Source of the DNA: Lingula anatina
Lineage: Eukaryota > Animalia > Brachiopoda
DNA: 64,000 bases
Direction of reading: 5' to 3'
Assembly: GCA_051362555.1 (NCBI GenBank)
Contig: CM120641.1
Span: 11,904,001 to 11,968,000, forward strand
The notes beneath the pieces were generated by a model. That model did not search any database, was not told the DNA's origin, and was given only the letters and a program-made list of their open reading frames with translations. Position 1 is the stretch's first letter. Each line of letters opens with the position of its first letter. Both the position numbers and the translations under genes were made by a program. Of the stretch, positions 34,601-49,600 are shown in pieces.

Positions 34601-37600
34601 TTTCTCTAAATCCAACACTTTCCCTTCTTAAGGGTCTCAGAGTTAAGCCTAAATTGATAGAGTCCAAGCATAGGGTACAGACTTGTGTGCAAACATACTT
34701 ATCAGCAATAAAGGCACAGGCAAACGGGAGAGCTGTGTAAATATTTGAAATCATGACCAAACTAAAACCAAAACCCTAATCAACTGGAGTCTTTTCTAAG
34801 TTAAATTAAGCAGGTGAAGAAAATATGAGTGTGTTAGAAGGATGGCATAGCAGTTAGCAACAAAACAGATATCAAGTTAGCTGGCTAAGGTGCTGACACT
34901 TTTAACAAAGTGTATTCTAGGTTTTAAAAATAAAGAACAGACAAGTAAACATAGGACAGAGACAGTCAGTGACATTGTGCATAGTGATAACAGTGAATTG
35001 AAATTGTGGCCTTTATAAACACAGTGGTGGATTGTCTCTCTCCCACCCACTTTCCACTTCAAGGCTCAAATAAAAATGGATGTGCAAATTGAACAAAAAC
35101 TTTCTTTGCAGCAGTAGTAAAACTTTTGCATCCAAGCCAACTGTAAGCATGATAACTCCAAACGCCAGCACAATCTGCCTCCTCTGTCCTATGTGTTACT
35201 AAGCACGTGCTGCCTCCTTACCCCATGTCCAAATATATGGCTGAAGCCTCTGCAATGTTGGCAACTCATTCTCCAGGCAAATATAATCGGATGTGGAACA
35301 AGGCATCATAAAGGTGGACAATGCCCTCTACACAAGCCTTTTCTATAGTTATGAGCCATGCAGGAAATTTTCAACTCAAATTAACTCAATGAAATTTGTA
35401 TCACATGTAGAGCAAGCTCTTCAATTATATTTTGAGACAAATTTCTAAAAGCAGCAATATTAAGATGACTACAGTCATTTTAAAGCTTTCTATTAATCTT
35501 ATAAATTTCCCAAGCAGCATCATATAGGACAGGCTATAACCACTAAGGCAAGATTTATCTATATTACAAATATGTCTTCACGAGCTCGAGGCATTCGTAC
35601 TTATCAGCTGGCTTATAACAGACAGCAGCTCTGATGCATATTAATATATTTATATATTTAAAAAACATGGCATACTTGGGTCGTTTTCTCACTACTTTAG
35701 CATTTGAGGTGTTACACAATTGGTGCACACAAAACAATAGAGATCAATACATAAACAGTTAGACAAATAAAATAATGAAGGTTTGAAGAAATTTTGATCA
35801 TCGGAGAATGCAATATTGTCTTCTACAAAATGCTATAGTAAATGAACAGTAGCTACTACTGCCCTTCTGTAGCTGCAAGCAAAAGAAAATGAAAAGCCAA
35901 AGCTCTCTCTATATTTTAGGGCAATTTCTAAATAGGATTCACTGGCTGTTAAGGTTTAATCTTCATAATTTAACCGCTCACATTTTGCCTCTTATTGTTT
36001 AATGTCATCGTGGGCGAAAGAATAACACCAGTATGTCAAAAATGTATCACTTTATTCTGAATTCAATTCTTTATAAAATAACTTTAATAAAAATTAATTC
36101 AAAAACAAACATGTCATGTCAAACACATCAAATATCAAAAACAAGCAACAGATGCCCACTGTAAGCATCACAAGTTCTCCTTGCATTATAAAACTATCCA
36201 TTACAGCATATTAAAAGGCAAAACAATGAAATCATTTAAAATAAAGAGTGAAAGTGTGTAACTTATGAATTCGGAAGACAAGTTGAGATTTCCACAAAAA
36301 GCATATTTTGAATATAACTGCTATTTCAAACAGATCACTCAGCTGATTTTGTGAAAAATCAGAACAATTTCTTCGTCTTCATAAATTATGAAAATTAAAT
36401 CTACATTTTCAAATATTATCAACAAAAATAAAATATATGTTTAAAAGAAATTAAAAACCCATTCACCCTGCTTTTTAAATCAGAGATCATTCAGTTTTCA
36501 CAACAATTATAAGCACATTTTAGGGTCTCCACAGAGCCATAGTGACCAGTATCACCCTGTAGAATGTGAGCAATTACAGTGCCTGGTGAAGAGTGCCCAG
36601 GTCTGGCACAGCCGCGGGCCCTGATACAGGTCCATGTTTCCTCCCTAAGTCAACATAACTCTGCCTCTTATGTATATCTTATCACTGTTTTCCTTCATAC
36701 AGTGTCTACTAAATAAACACCAGGCTTGAAAACACTTCCAGTCTGCTAGAGAGCACAAATACTCAGAGACAAGTGAACTTTTGGATAGTTTGTACCTCAA
36801 TTACCCTTTGCTTCAGGAGTTTTGTTAAAAAATAGGCACTGTGCATGACTGACAATAAATCAACAAAACATTTAAAATATTTTAAAACAGTACAGATACA
36901 TAACAAATCATATTGCATTATGTTCATGCTACCATCTATGTTCTAAAAATATGGCAATGATGTCTATTGACTTTTTATCTAAATCTATTCTAATCAATAA
37001 ATCATATTTTTTCTCTGTAAAACAAAACTAAGGCAGTCCAGGTAATCACTATTACCCTGGGTTGGCCACATGTATACAGTCAATCTCTTTTTTAAAACCA
37101 TCACACAAATTGTGTCATTATTGCATTATCTGATGACAAACTGGACAGTGCTGCTTTGTCATCATCACAAGAGGTATCATATCAATATCACAGTTAGGTT
37201 AGGCAAGGTATTGGGACAGTGCAAATGGCTGATCACTTGATTTACTTGGTCTCTCATCTTAATGGTATGTGACCATCAGGACATATGGGTTACTTATCAT
37301 CAGTCAAGTTTATTCACTCAATCTGTATGGCTACAACTTTACTGCTTTTGCTCAGCTTCTCAATAAAACTTGAAGCTGTTGTTTCTGGTATATACTTCTT
37401 TTAGAATAGTTAATCAATAGTGCTACATAATAACTGTTTCTTATATTTTTGTAAACATGATCGAGTGGTGCATAGCTATTGAATGGTGCCGTAGTTGATG
37501 CTTCTGTTCCCAGCGTCCTGCAATATCACTACTGGAAAGTGTTTCCAATGGTCATGTGATGCTGCACTTCTGCTGCTCTGAGAACCACAACACAAATGCT

Positions 37601-40600
37601 TATTTTTTGCTCAGGCATCTACACAGTGCTTCTTGACATAAAGCTGATGGCATTCTTCCAGTTAAGATGGAGATCCATCTTACCAATGGTTGGTTTACTT
37701 GGTAAGCCCAGAGACTTCACTCCTCAGACAGCTTGGCTCCCAGTAAAGCATGAACCTCTTCTTCTTCCAGGATGAGGGACTCACCTCGTTTCCTTGGCAC
37801 CATCTGGTGGGATTTCTCCTCATTAGAAGCCTGTTTTGAATTCTTTCTGTTTCTAATCTTACTAAACTCTGTGGCACTCATGGGCAAACTCTGTGATCTT
37901 TGTCGAAAGGCATTAATACAGGAATGCTGTGTGGTTAGTTGGGAAGTACAGATTGAAATACACCTGGATAACTGACCTGAGGGTCCGCCATGGAGCTGGT
38001 GCAGCTTGTCGCGGAGTTCTTCATTTTCTTGCAGGAAGTCTTCCACGCTGATTCCGTGCGCCTGGGAAGGGTGGAGCAGAAAGCGCAGAGGTAGTTTAGT
38101 GGAAAGACGATCATTGTCACTGCCACCAAAACCAAGATTTTCAAGAATTTCTTCTGGGTCTCCTTTCCTCTGCTCTAGCAGCATCTCAATGCTGGAAACA
38201 GATAAAAGTCAAGTGGTTATTTTTTCAAAAATGAATTTATAGGACAACTTTCTATCAAATGGTTGTTTACAGGATCCTGTGAGAGAGTTCATCAGTGTTT
38301 TTGCTTATAGATGTCAACATTTGCAGCTTGTTTTTTTTTTAGATGTAATCAAATACAGCATCAAGATATGAAATGATATTTAAGATTATGAAGATAATAA
38401 ACATAGGCCTTGTCTGTTCTATATGTTAAACATAATGTCCTCACTTCATGCTTAAAGCCCATTTCAGTTTATACAAGCAAAGATTAACGTACCTGATAAG
38501 GTACTGATCACAGTAAGTAATTTAGCTGCTACGTTGAACTCAAAATTAATATTCCCTATGTTATGAAAACCTTCCCAACACTCAACCATTAAACACTTTT
38601 AAAAACAGATTACTATTTTGTTTGAAAATGATTAGTTAACTTATGTTATTTCTATGAGAAGTTTTTTTGTCAATAGCTTGAAAAATAAACTGATAATTTA
38701 CCAGCTAATATTTCATCTGCTTTCCATCACACTTCACTTGTTAATGTGGCTGCGAGAGATGTGACAAACCTATCCTGCCCTTGAAATATTTGCTGGTAAA
38801 TATTTGCTAGCAAACATCACACAAGATATTGACAAAAATGCATTTCTGTGGACCATCATTTATTTCAAATTTCACTAAAAATCTCACAAACACCATGCAC
38901 TGACCCTACCTTGAAACAGTTTGACTAGACGAGGTCCTAACAGACTCAAAACTGTTCCCAAACATGTACTGGTTCTTTAGGTAGGCTGTCCTACGTTGCC
39001 TAGCATCAGTATGACCAAGTATCTGGTATGGGTCTGAGGTCTGCCTATAAAACCATTAAAGGCGTGTTATAAATCAACAAGTGGCCATAAGTCAAGATGT
39101 ACGTGTAAATGCAAATTTACTTTAAATTTTGAGGTCTTTAAGACTGACTGCTAATAATCAAATGCAGACATTGGCACTGATGGTTTACAGTATATACTTG
39201 ACAGTGTAAAATAAGATATTATGGCATCTGGAAAATACTCATTTTTCAGAAATATTGCCAATTATTCACAACTGTTGGATTAAAATACTTGATATCTCGC
39301 AAGTGTAAAGCCACTTTATCAGCATTCATTACACAAATACAATCAAGTAACTGATTAACTTGGCGATAAATTTTGCTAGTGCTAATCAAGATACGTCCTA
39401 TAAAGAGAACAGTCTATGAATATTTTAACACGTACAAAACCAAACCTAGGTGAGATTACACATCCAATGCTGAAATTGATTTGCATTTTAATAAATCACA
39501 ATGATGTGGCATACAATTTTCTGAAGTAATCACTATATAGGGGAAACACAAAAATAAATGACAGTTTTCCCATTAAATCTTAAAAAAAAAAAAACAATAT
39601 GTACAGATGTTCAAAAATTAAATCCAAACCTATTTCCACTGTTCTTCTGATTTCTTATACATCCATGTAACTAGTTATAGGATACTTTATAAAGAGTAAC
39701 ATGAAAGAATGAAAATCTTTCAAGTAATTTTACCTGTTTAGCATCCCCATTTGTCCAGCATACATGACCTGAGCCTCGGCTCCCAGACTCAGATCATCTT
39801 CTATAGAACCTGGGCAGGAACCCTTACGTCCCTCTGACAACTCAAAGTCCAGTTCATCCTGGCCTATTGAGCTTATAGGGCTGCAAATAAAACGAAGATT
39901 TATTCCACCACTGAAAAGTAAACAATCTATATAAAATGATATTACAAAAATTATAACGTTATTCTCAGAATTATGATCTGAAATGTGACTCCAGACAACC
40001 AGACACCAAACTATAGTATACAGAGCCCACTGATTTCCAAATTAAGTAATGTTTGTTTTAAGCCTTGACTTCACACATTAGACCTACATGTTGCTGAAAT
40101 ATGGTAAAAAGATTTGACTAGTTCTGCTGATAAAGCAAGTTCTCATTTATCTAGATAAACATTGTATGTAATCACTATAATTTTAGAGAGAATGCTCCCA
40201 GGAAAGTAAAACAATTAATTATATATTATAAAAACACTATCTGCATATGAAATTTTAACATATATTACAATCTTTAAATTTACTTTTATTCTAGTAACAT
40301 TAGTTAATTATTCCAGACACCGTAAAAACTGTACTTAAAAGTAATACTCACGAATCTAAGGATTCTGCTGATGAAATGCTGTTTATCCACGCATGCACAG
40401 ATGGTTTTCCTACAATTAAAAACAAAGCAAGATAAGAATAAATTACAGGAAAAAAGAGCAGCAATTTCATTATGTGGATTTAAGCAATGAGTATCAAAAG
40501 TCATTTGCCTTTTATCACCAAATCAAACAGTTTGGACAAAAATGAACAACTAGAGGAGAATCTGTGCTGCAAAGTTCTTTAAACACATATCTGAATATTG

Positions 40601-43600
40601 TATATATCTGCCACGTCTGCACACACAAGGTTACATCTGGAACTATTCCTGGAAAATTACCAGAAGATCTTACCTATCCTATCAAAGAGGCAATGATGGG
40701 CAAATTACAAACAACTTTTCATTGCATCTCAAGGCATTTGTCAATAAATCTGTTTTATTTCATGATGAATGTTGATGAGATTCACAACTCAGCGGACTCG
40801 TCTAAAATCACTCTACCATATTGTAATAGGTAACAGTATGTATATAATTTTCTACAAAACAGGGAAAAAGATCTTGATAAATTTAAGCAAAGTATACATG
40901 CTTGCTAATTATATGTAATGTTATACTGTTTATCCATATAGTTATGTGTAGTTAAAGAAGTCAAAATTACATTTTAATCACTACATGGAAGATTATCACT
41001 GAAAGGGTTCATTATCTTTTTCAGTGCAATTAGACTCAGACTCCTTTACATGCCACTTATGTTTAGGAAAATACTGCATGTCTTAAAAGAAATATGTAAC
41101 TCTGCAAAGTGAAACAAAAACTATTTTCTTTTAAACTCATACTTCAAACATTGAATAAAATGCATGAATGTATCTGACAAACAAGGTCAGCATTATTTCA
41201 AGATAAAAGTTTTCCCCAAGCAAGTATCAGACAGTACAGACAGGGCATTTGTGAAACACAAGCCTCAAAACTTCCACATCATGTGTCATTAAATCAAACT
41301 TTTAATTAAATGGAAATCAACACCCTGGTACCAGTCTAGCATATATCTCCTGATTCTGCTTAGATCCACCCACCTCTGTGCATCAAACCTCAGTGACTCA
41401 CTGCTCTAAACACAGAGCTTTCAGTCTTCAAAAAAACTTAAACCATACAAATATGTTTGAAGTGTAAACCTAGTGTTAAATATGGTACATCGCCAGCACA
41501 CAAGTACAAAATTTTCCTTTGAAGCACTGATGAAATGAAAATAGTTCCACTGCGTGTGAGGTACTTCACAACCTCAATCCATCTACTTAACTTACACTTC
41601 AAACTTCACAAGCAGAACAGAAACCACTGCCTTCCACTTAAAAGCGGTAGAAAACACAGCTCTTGGTTGACATCAAAAAGAACATTCCCCGTGTCATAGA
41701 ACTCCACCCCTCCAACCATACACCTTTATCTGCACTGGGCTTATACATTTAGCAAACAACATTGTTAATATTCACCAGAGTATGACAGGCTGTCACTACT
41801 TTTTACGTAATAAATTGCCTTGGGTTTTAAACCAAGGACAACTTTAGTTGTTCATCTTGTGAGACTGAATCTTCAAAAGGACCATTCTAAGATGAGCATA
41901 TTTATTCAACATACTTACCTGGCGATTTTCCCCTGTGTTATATTATTTAACAGGCAGCCAGGGTACTTATTGTAACAGCTCAACTGCAAGTCACACAGAC
42001 AGGTAAAGTGTGTAAAGAAAAAAAAGGTGTCATTTTTCTTCAAACATTTACCAGCCAAGCACAACAAGAACAGTGTTATGTGCCTAAGATTTTAATTTGA
42101 ATTAAAAAGTCACATGAATGGGAAAATGAATCAACTTATATACATAACAATGTGTGCATTTGTGCTAATCTTTTTCTTTTTTTTTTATGGTTTGCGGTTA
42201 CATTAAAATGGATAATTCTGGTAACCCCTCACCAAATTCAACAATTCTGAAAGACTCTATTCCCCAAACAATATCTTATTATCAAAGCATAATAGGGTGA
42301 TATAAATGTTTAAGAAGTAAGTTTGTGTTGTTGTAAAAATGATGTTTTTTTTAAGTATAATTTAAAATCTTGCAATAAGGAAATATAGAAAGCAGTTGTT
42401 TGAAACTGGTGAGATATTACCATACTGAGTATGTATGTACATGGTATTCAGTGACACAAGTATTTGAAACCACACACCTACTACCTCCACCCACCCTGTA
42501 CCACACAAAAGATATACACAAATGAACACATATTGAAAAAGAATAAAGCACTCCTTCAATATGTAATGCAAGACTAATTAAACCATATTTTCATACCAAA
42601 CGGCTATAAAAAATGTTGTAAATAATTAACTGCTGATTAAAATTAAAGAATCTAAATTATTTCCTCTTTTGCTCAAACACTCAGACTTGATAATCTTTGG
42701 CATCAGGTCTGTACAAGCACAAATCATTCAAATTTAAAGTGGAAGATAAAGGGAAGGGCTTAAAAAGGGAAAAAAAAGACCCCCTCCCCCCCCCCCCCAC
42801 ACACACACACATACACGCACATTCACACATTTATACAACACAGATGCCAAACAGCTGCCTTCCATCTGCAGAGGGTATGTGAGAGAAGTATCCATACCTT
42901 TTCCTCCAGTTGAACACTTGACAATTCTTTCACCGCGATACTGATAGATTACACACATAATGTAAGTACACTTCAAGCCCGATTTTTCCCACTAATTCTA
43001 ATTTCAATGACTTCTAAAAGCTAACAGTTACTCGAAGTGCCGACAAGAGCTTTTATAGAGCACCAACAGCAAAATATTACAACTTGGGGATACATATATG
43101 ACGCAGGAACATGACAAAGCATGATGTGATAATAACAACTTCACACATGTCAAAAACATTCTCAATATGGGGGATATAGAGAAGAATAACAATTGAACTA
43201 ATGTACGTGATGGCTGTGACGTTGAAGGAATAGACCATTACTCAGCTATATAAATATTGTTGTCAAATGTCTTATCATTGCACAGGCTGATGCTGTAATC
43301 TTTAGAGCGATGACAACATTCAAAAAATAATCCACGAATCAGAGAGATAATCAGAGAAAGACAGAAATGGTCAACAAATGTCTGTCACAAAGATAAATTA
43401 AACACTTATAAATGATTCAAATAGGTATACTAAAAATATGTCCGGTAAGCATTTAAATTGTCATAATAAGAATTGTCCTTTTTAAAGTAATTATTAGTAA
43501 GAGCAAAGTCCCTCATTCATTCAATAGGTCTGAGAGTACAGATCTGTAGGTACTGTTCATTTTTATTAAAAAATGACTTTACTGAATTTAATTAAGGGAC

Positions 43601-43621
43601 TACTGCACACATGAAACTCTG

Positions 43622-43670
<49 letters not shown>

Positions 43671-46600
43671 TTATGTCTTGTTAGGTGCGCCACATCTTTC
43701 ACTGCTCTGTGACCTTTAAAATGTTAGTGATATCAGCCTCCATCCCATCCCCATCCCACATTCAAGGTCTCTGTTCCTCTCAAAGGCTACTGCCAAGTAT
43801 CCACACCAAAAATGTCTTTCAAAAAATCACTCAAATTATCCAGATTATTTATAACATATATAACACAGAATTGGAAGTGACTCCAAAGTCCCAAAAGTTG
43901 AAAAATAACCATAAAACAGAGCAAAAAATCCTTGCCTTTTTATTTTCCTCAAAAATTCGTAGCTGTTATAAAATGCCTTAAAACATGATAATCCCAAAAG
44001 TAGCTATGCTGCTGAGCATCACATCTGAGACAACAACTGCTGCATGACACCATTCATTTTAACTGTTTTAATATATTCAGACAATGGTGAGAGCCATTCT
44101 CTTTCAAATACTGCAGTAACTTCAGTGAACAACTAATAACATACACCATCCTTTAAAAACATCATAATATCATATAATTAAGCAACAGAATGTCTTCACA
44201 ACCTAAATATGTAATAGTGGAAACCTGTGCATGGCAATCACTATTTCAGTTTAAAAAAATGTTACATCAAGAAACCCTCATCTGAATGAGCAACACCTTT
44301 CTTCACTTTTGCACTATGATATTAACTGCTTAATCAACACTGTATCAAGGTTATTTTGCTATAATATGCATCAAAGTTATTTAGCTTTAATATGCTGTCC
44401 CAAAATAAATTCCGCCATTTATCAACAAGAGGCCTCATCTGTGAGCAAAATGTGTTAAAGATTCTTTCTGCTCAGCAGAATTTGTTCACTTAACTTAAAG
44501 TACAAAATCTGTGAGATTGCAAATTAAACCTGATTCACCTGTGACCCAACATAATATAACAGCATGTCTCAGCGGTGGTCCAGTAATGACCACTCCCACA
44601 CTTTACCTGTACATCTACCTCAAGAGTTATCTTAGGCCAGGATCCAACAGATGTTGAATACTACAGTAGTCATAAGCTCTTTTTTATCAGCTTTAAATGA
44701 AGTTATTTTAGAATAATATGGGGTCCCCAGATGAGCAACTTGATACACAAACAATTCATAAGCTAATGTCTATTATCATCATTTTGTACATGGATGTTTC
44801 TTGGTTGCTTTGCTAGCAGGGTGGGATTCCAACAACAAAAAACACTTCATTGAAATCTTTGTCTCTTAAAAATACATGAGGTCTTGAATATTTCTATTTT
44901 CTTTGTAATGTCTGTAATATATTTCAAAAATATTTTTAAGTTAAAAAATATAATGCACAAATTCACTGGGCTTTATACAAAAGAAAATGTCATGATTTTT
45001 TTTCTTTGCCATAAATACCCCACCAACTGCAGAAAAGAATCCCATTAAATGTTAATGCTAAAGAATGACTTAATTATTAAACAAGCTGCTACCACCACTG
45101 GACAAACATGTCAAGGTAAAAATATATTATCTGTGTGGTTGCTAAATGAACATGAAGATGAGTCCATGACAGTCTTTTATTGCTGGTAATGGGGTCTTCC
45201 CAGGCTACTGACATGCTGACATGTATAGTAAGTATCCAGACAAACCTACACACATCCAATTGAAAATACATTGGAAACACATTATGTTTAGGTTCAAAAT
45301 AGTATATAATGAACTGAAATTACAGAATGTACTTCCTGAATTTTTATATGCTCATTAGATCACTATAAAGGGATGGTTATAGCTTCACTCTACTAGTAGT
45401 TTAATAACAGCCCTTGAACATCAAGATGATGTTTTATGTCAGTAATTGCAAAGATTTTATGCAAGGTTATCATAACAGATAAAACTAGAAAACATCTTCT
45501 GTAATTACTAAATAACAGCAATAATCATCAAATGTAATAAAAGCTAATCTCTCAATATGTTTACTTTTTCTTTTTTTTTTTTTCTTTCTTTTATTTTAAG
45601 TTTGAAATATTTTAAACCAAGATTTATACATTTTTCCTCATTTTTCAGCATTGTAAATTCTGTGCTCAGGTCTCACTCTCTGGTGTCATACTTAATGATA
45701 TCTGTGGTGAAACACCTCACTATGCTAAGGTTATGTGGTATGCATATCAGACAGGCCAGACAGCCGCCCTTTGCTGCCTGCAAAACACTGATAACTTATT
45801 TGGTAACAGGTGCCAATCAAGCCATGCAGAATGGCCAGTTTTCAAATTTACAAATCAAGTCCCTGGCTTTGTTTGTTTCCCCCATTTTGACTTTGAACAA
45901 ATTCAAAGGGCATCTCTGCACACTAAAATAATGATAACATGACAAAACCTTACCAATATAAGAATACAAAAAAATGTTAAAATGTCACATTTAATTTTTT
46001 CATATTGTGATGCTACACTACAAACAGGCTCTATGGCACGTACATTATTTGCAAAATGTGATAACTTTTATTACATTTTTGCATTGGACTCGAGGTATTC
46101 TGATAAGATAATGTATGTAAAGAGACCCTTAATGGACTTCAACCAGCTGGTGACACATAAACCAAGTCAACTTTTTATCAATGATTAAATAAATGGTCCA
46201 CTTGCTCTTTATTCAGCAAAGGGCAGTTTGTGCATTTAGGGAGTGAACCATGGTGTGTGTGTGTGTGCGCATGCATGTTTCCATGCGTGTATATGTCAGT
46301 GTTTGCAACTGTGCATGCATGTGGGTGGTGGGAGGCAAGACAGGATCCCAGCCCCTCTCTCCCTCTTATCACTTTGCCTTATCATGTTAGTCGCTTTTAT
46401 CATCCTTACCTTGAACCCATGAAAAACATCACAGGTCCAAGTCCTTATATGAAATAAGCCAAGATCTACCCACTCCTTAATAAGTGCCAGAACCACTTGC
46501 TGTAAGTGTTACTGGAACCATGGTCTCATCTAATGGCACTCATCTTTTTTTTTATATAAATTTGCAAATTTTCCTGTTATCTCATTGTCTGCACCACACA

Positions 46601-49600
46601 TACACAGTTGCATAATGCAGATATTAGTTGACTAACTATTCTTTGCATGCAAATACACAGTTATTACCTTCTTTTGGGACTCCCACCTTAAATGATAAAG
46701 ATCTTGACAGTTTTATCTCATTTCAATTTGTCCCCAAGTCAAAAATTGTGCCTGACAAAAACAATACATCAAGCCTTTTTGCCGATAACCTAAAGGTAAT
46801 TGAACAGAAATAAATATGGGGTGGTTGGCAGCTAATTGACAACTTGCATGTATGTCCTGAATGTTAGGGCTTGTTTAAGGACAGGAAAGAACACATAACA
46901 CCATTGTCTGATATAATATACCTGTAAGGCACTTTTAAGTTGCCTTAAACGTGCACAACATATTAATGCTGGTCTTAGAGAAAATAACATTCAAACATCA
47001 GTATTTATCAAAAAAAAATCATGTAAAATTAAAAGTATATTTAAACCGATATCAAAAACAAATTTAGAGCCCAGGACATCCCAGAGACCAGCCTCATTGA
47101 ACCAGACCATTACTAGTATGCTCAAAACACAGGAAAGCATGTCACTTTTTTTCATGCATAAAATAAAGACAACTTCATTTCCATAGAGGGGGCCCCTAGA
47201 TGAGGAATGGTCCTTATCTGAGTGTGTGCAACTAAAGAGACAGGCTTCTTTTGATATGCCAAGATTAATTTCTACATCAAAATTCATGGTCATGATACCA
47301 TAATAAATTGGGCCTAGATAATCGTAGTATATTTCTTGAAAACCTTCACTGAAATTGAAGCATGTTTATGTCCATCACGTCATTTTTGCCATTGTACACC
47401 CATATTTTCTAGTCACAGCCATATGCACCTTGCTGTGCATGTCAAGTGTATTGCCTGCTATCTCCAGAGCAGATGTGATGGACACACATGTTTAGACCCA
47501 CCTGCCACTCACCTTTACTTAGCTGCACAGAAATTAGCAGCTAATAACTTGTTGCAAATTAAAAAAAAAATAATTTTCAAAAAAATTCCTTGTTAGATTT
47601 GTCTGGTATAGAAGTATTTACAATTGTAAGAAAAAAATTCTCAAGACCAAAATCATTCAAACTGATGTTTTTTTGTTTTTTTTTCAGATGGATAGTACAA
47701 GTATTTACAAAATATTTCACTAACCTGTGTCAGAACTTGCAGGTGTGACAGGGGTATCAGGGGTTTTTGGCTGCTGAGTCTGTGAAATTTCATCTTCTTC
47801 TTCTTCATCCACTGCACAGCTCCGACTTTTCTTCATAAGCTGTCGCTTGTCAGAAGCGGACAACCCTCTCTGAAAGAATCCCCTCCTGGCTGCCACTCCC
47901 TGTCTATCCTCTTCATCTGCTATCACCAAAGGTCTGGCAGCACTGGGAAATATTTCAGTTGACTTTTCCACAACCTCTGAAGTCTCAGTCTCAGGTATGG
48001 TCTCTAGTTCTACCAATCTTGGCCGTTTAGGATTTAATGTACTCATTTCAGTGTCCGTCTCCTGAGAGCACTGGCCCTCAACTGAGATCCCCTCTTCCTC
48101 TGATATTGAGCCATCAACATTGTCCTTCTCCATTTTCAACAGCTCTGTATAGCTGTCATGCCCTCCATTGTTGTCAATAGATGTAGTTAGAGGGTAACAA
48201 GGCATGGTCAGGGGATCTTTTATTGTTGAACCCTGTTTGGACAGTGCAGTATCATCAGTCTGGGGTTCCCTTGCCTGTACCACACTTATGTCTTGCATAA
48301 TATCCCTGTTCTCTGTCACTTCACAAAAGCCAACTTGTTGATCACTGTTTTGATCACAGTATTTTCCTGTATTCAATGACTGGTTATCTATACCGGTGTG
48401 CAGTATACTAGGTGCATGTAAATTAAAAGTGTTTTCAGAGTCAGATTTAGACTTACTTTCCTGCACAATGTCTGGAGTCGTACCTTTTACAACAGTCCTA
48501 GTTAGTAGGTCAGATGTTGGAACAAATGAAACTGGGACTTTGGTTAATTTCCTATTGTCCAAATCACAGTCAGACTTATCAGGCCATGTTTCTAAATCTC
48601 TACGTACATCTAGTTCTTTATCCCCATCATCACCCAAAGTTCTGAAAGACTCCTCTTCACAATCCATTGGTCTTCTTTGACTTTTATGATCAACAGACCG
48701 CGGCGAGGCAAGGGAACCCTCACATGAAGTCCTATCTTTGTCACTGTTGTTTACTGCACCAACTCCGTGACCGGAATGCAACAGGTTATCACAAGCTTCC
48801 TTTGAGGTTAGCTTTAGTCCAGTGCTGCCCTCTGTTGGCTCAATGCCCTCAGTCTCAGTTTTATTGCTATCATATTGCTGTGCATCTAAATTTCCCTGAG
48901 GCTGACTGGGACTGGACAAAATAGGTGTACTGCTGTCTTCATCAGTCTCCAGATCACTATCCAAACCATCCAACTCGCTGAAGGGAAAACTAACACATAA
49001 ACTGGCAGCAGACGACAGAACAAGATCACTTAAACAATCTGGGTTTGCCTTATTTTGGTTCCAGGACTGCTGGTCTAGCTCTTTGAGGTCTGTTTGTTTC
49101 CTGTAGTTATTGTGAAGTGTAGCTGAAAAGAAACAAGTTATGATAAATTCTTTTTTTAAACAAACATTTAGAGTTTTAAAACAACCTGCTGTGTTCTGCT
49201 GAGTATTCCAGTCAACCTCACTCAGCCTGTCCTACTTGGAAACCTCCCATGACCTACTTGAATTGCGCTTTCCTTTACCATTAATAGTGATTAATGCTAC
49301 CATGAGGACTTAAATTACAAAAGCCAACTAGAATGATAACATATGTTGATAAATACCATAAATTGGCTAACTCTATTCTGGACCACACTCCACAATGGAG
49401 TCTGACTCACAATTTCCAAGCACTGAACTCAGAATTTATTAGATGCCAATTTATATGCTATCGCACTGTGTTATGGCTTTCAATATAAATTATTGTACTT
49501 CTACTCACTACAGGGTTTAGTTATTTAAAACTGCATACTTTCAACCACCACAAGGCTAGACAGTATACCAAAAGACTTCCTGGTGTAGAATTTCTTTTCA

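Noticed and set aside
41911-41923. ATACTTACCTGGC, identical to the 5' end of U1 snRNA
   Set aside because: Similarity ends after 13 nt with no U1 stem-loops or Sm site; better read as a consensus splice donor on the minus strand
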